A stretch of DNA of 64,000 nt from Zoogloea sp. Lineage in GTDB: Bacteria; Pseudomonadota; Gammaproteobacteria; Burkholderiales; Rhodocyclaceae. Shown in pieces: positions 63,386 through 64,000 of this stretch; within the stretch, counting starts at the first letter, position 1, and each line of letters begins with the position of its first letter. Below the pieces are notes generated by a model that did no database searches, had not been told where the DNA came from, and was given only the letters and a program-made list of their open reading frames with translations. Position numbers and translations under genes: made by a program. The stretch lies in assembly GCF_028693495.1 (NCBI RefSeq), contig NZ_JAQUVG010000003.1:8416-72415 (forward strand), in the 5' to 3' direction.

Positions 63386-64000
63386 GTTGGCAATCCTGCC
63401 GTTTGGGTGACGTGCTGACACTTAAACGTGGCCACGATCTACCAGAGCACTCGCGTCAAGAGGGTGATGTGCCTGTAGTTTCATCGTCAGGCATTACCGG
63501 AACCCACAACGAGGCAAGAGCAACAGCACCGGGGGTAGTAACCGGTCGATATGGCACCATCGGCGAAGTGTTCTACCTCGAAAAAGATTACTGGCCTTTG
63601 AATACGGCGCTCTACGTGATCGACTTCAAAGGCAACGATCCTCGATTCGCCGCTTATTTCCTGAGAAATGTTCTCAAGGGATACCAGAGCGAGAAAGCAG
63701 CGGTACCCGGAGTGGATCGCAACGTCCTTCACGAGATCAGAGTTCTCGTGCCGGACTTACAGGCACAGCGTCGTATCGTTCAAATACTTGGCGCTTACGA
63801 CGACCTGATCGAAAACAACCGCCGTCGAATGACCCTACTGGAAGAATCGGCGCGGCTGCTCTATCAGGAATGGTTCGTCCATCTGCGCTTTCCCGGCCAT
63901 GAGCACGTGCGCATCACCGATGGTCTGCCGGAGGGTTGGGAAAAGGCCACCCTCGAATCGATTTGCGTCAGTGGTGACGGCATTCAAACCGGACCTTTTG
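63382..64000 (+). CDS. hsdS: Type I restriction-modification specificity subunit (5' partial, runs off the window)
   Basis: Not in the ORF track because there is no stop in the window. My translation from ATG 63382 (ATGA overlap with hsdM) is MSWQSCRLGDVLTLKRGHDLPE...GRYGTIGEVFY...PLNTALYVIDF...QRRIVQILGAYDDLIENNRRRMTLLEESARLLYQEWFVHLRFPGHE. That gives TRD1 followed by the conserved central helix of HsdS. Confidence 0.85.
   Translation, partial: MSWQSCRLGDVLTLKRGHDLPEHSRQEGDVPVVSSSGITGTHNEARATAPGVVTGRYGTIGEVFYLEKDYWPLNTALYVIDFKGNDPRFAAYFLRNVLKGYQSEKAAVPGVDRNVLHEIRVLVPDLQAQRRIVQILGAYDDLIENNRRRMTLLEESARLLYQEWFVHLRFPGHEHVRITDGLPEGWEKATLESICVSGDGIQTGPF

Noticed and set aside
1-64000. CRISPR arrays, IS elements/transposases, prophage genes and rRNA genes.
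   Set aside because: I found no regularly spaced direct repeats, no transposase or integrase-like translations, and no rRNA-like sequence in either strand's reading frames or in intergenic regions.

Overview
High-G+C chromosomal segment, judged by eye; the only clear drops are in a few intergenic regions and the last ~600 bp. Gene content and order look like a betaproteobacterium of the Rhodocyclales type (aroQ-accB-accC-prmA, ubiC-ubiA, ccmABCDEFGHI, olsBA, thiSG-trmB, metK with divergent lpxL paralogues). This taxonomic guess is an inference and was not checked. I can support about 60 protein genes, 3 tRNAs (Gly-GCC, Thr-GGU, Gly-CCC), several intrinsic terminators and one strong promoter. 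Most of the window is ordinary housekeeping. I see no CRISPR array, IS element, transposase or integrase. The most unusual item is one reading frame at 2429-4750/4852 (-) that fuses three domains: a degenerate cNMP-type sensor, a divergent acetate/propionate-kinase and a complete PduL phosphotransacylase. It lies beside a solute-binding lipoprotein and hybrid histidine kinase pair. Other points worth a second look: (1) a signal-peptide Lig E-type ATP-dependent DNA ligase locked by overlapping codons inside a wbpM/wbpL-like polysaccharide operon; (2) two genes whose only plausible N-termini start at CTG inside CTGA stop/start overlaps; (3) a metK leader with a near-consensus promoter and a terminator hairpin abutting the RBS, a riboswitch or attenuator candidate; (4) a cluster of DnaA-box-like 9-mers in an AT-rich non-coding stretch; (5) a DUF3015 and DUF4105-plus-barrel-like envelope pair; (6) an orphan ParA-like ATPase; (7) a type I R-M locus (hsdM, partial hsdS) directly after tRNA-Gly(CCC), running off the right edge. 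Many long ORFs in the six-frame track are antisense or off-frame shadows of real genes, as expected at this G+C, and I rejected them. Many gene starts were moved from the track's first start codon (often TTG/GTG) to an internal ATG/GTG, based on signal peptides, family N-termini or overlap with neighbours. All family assignments come from motif recognition by eye, not from database searches.
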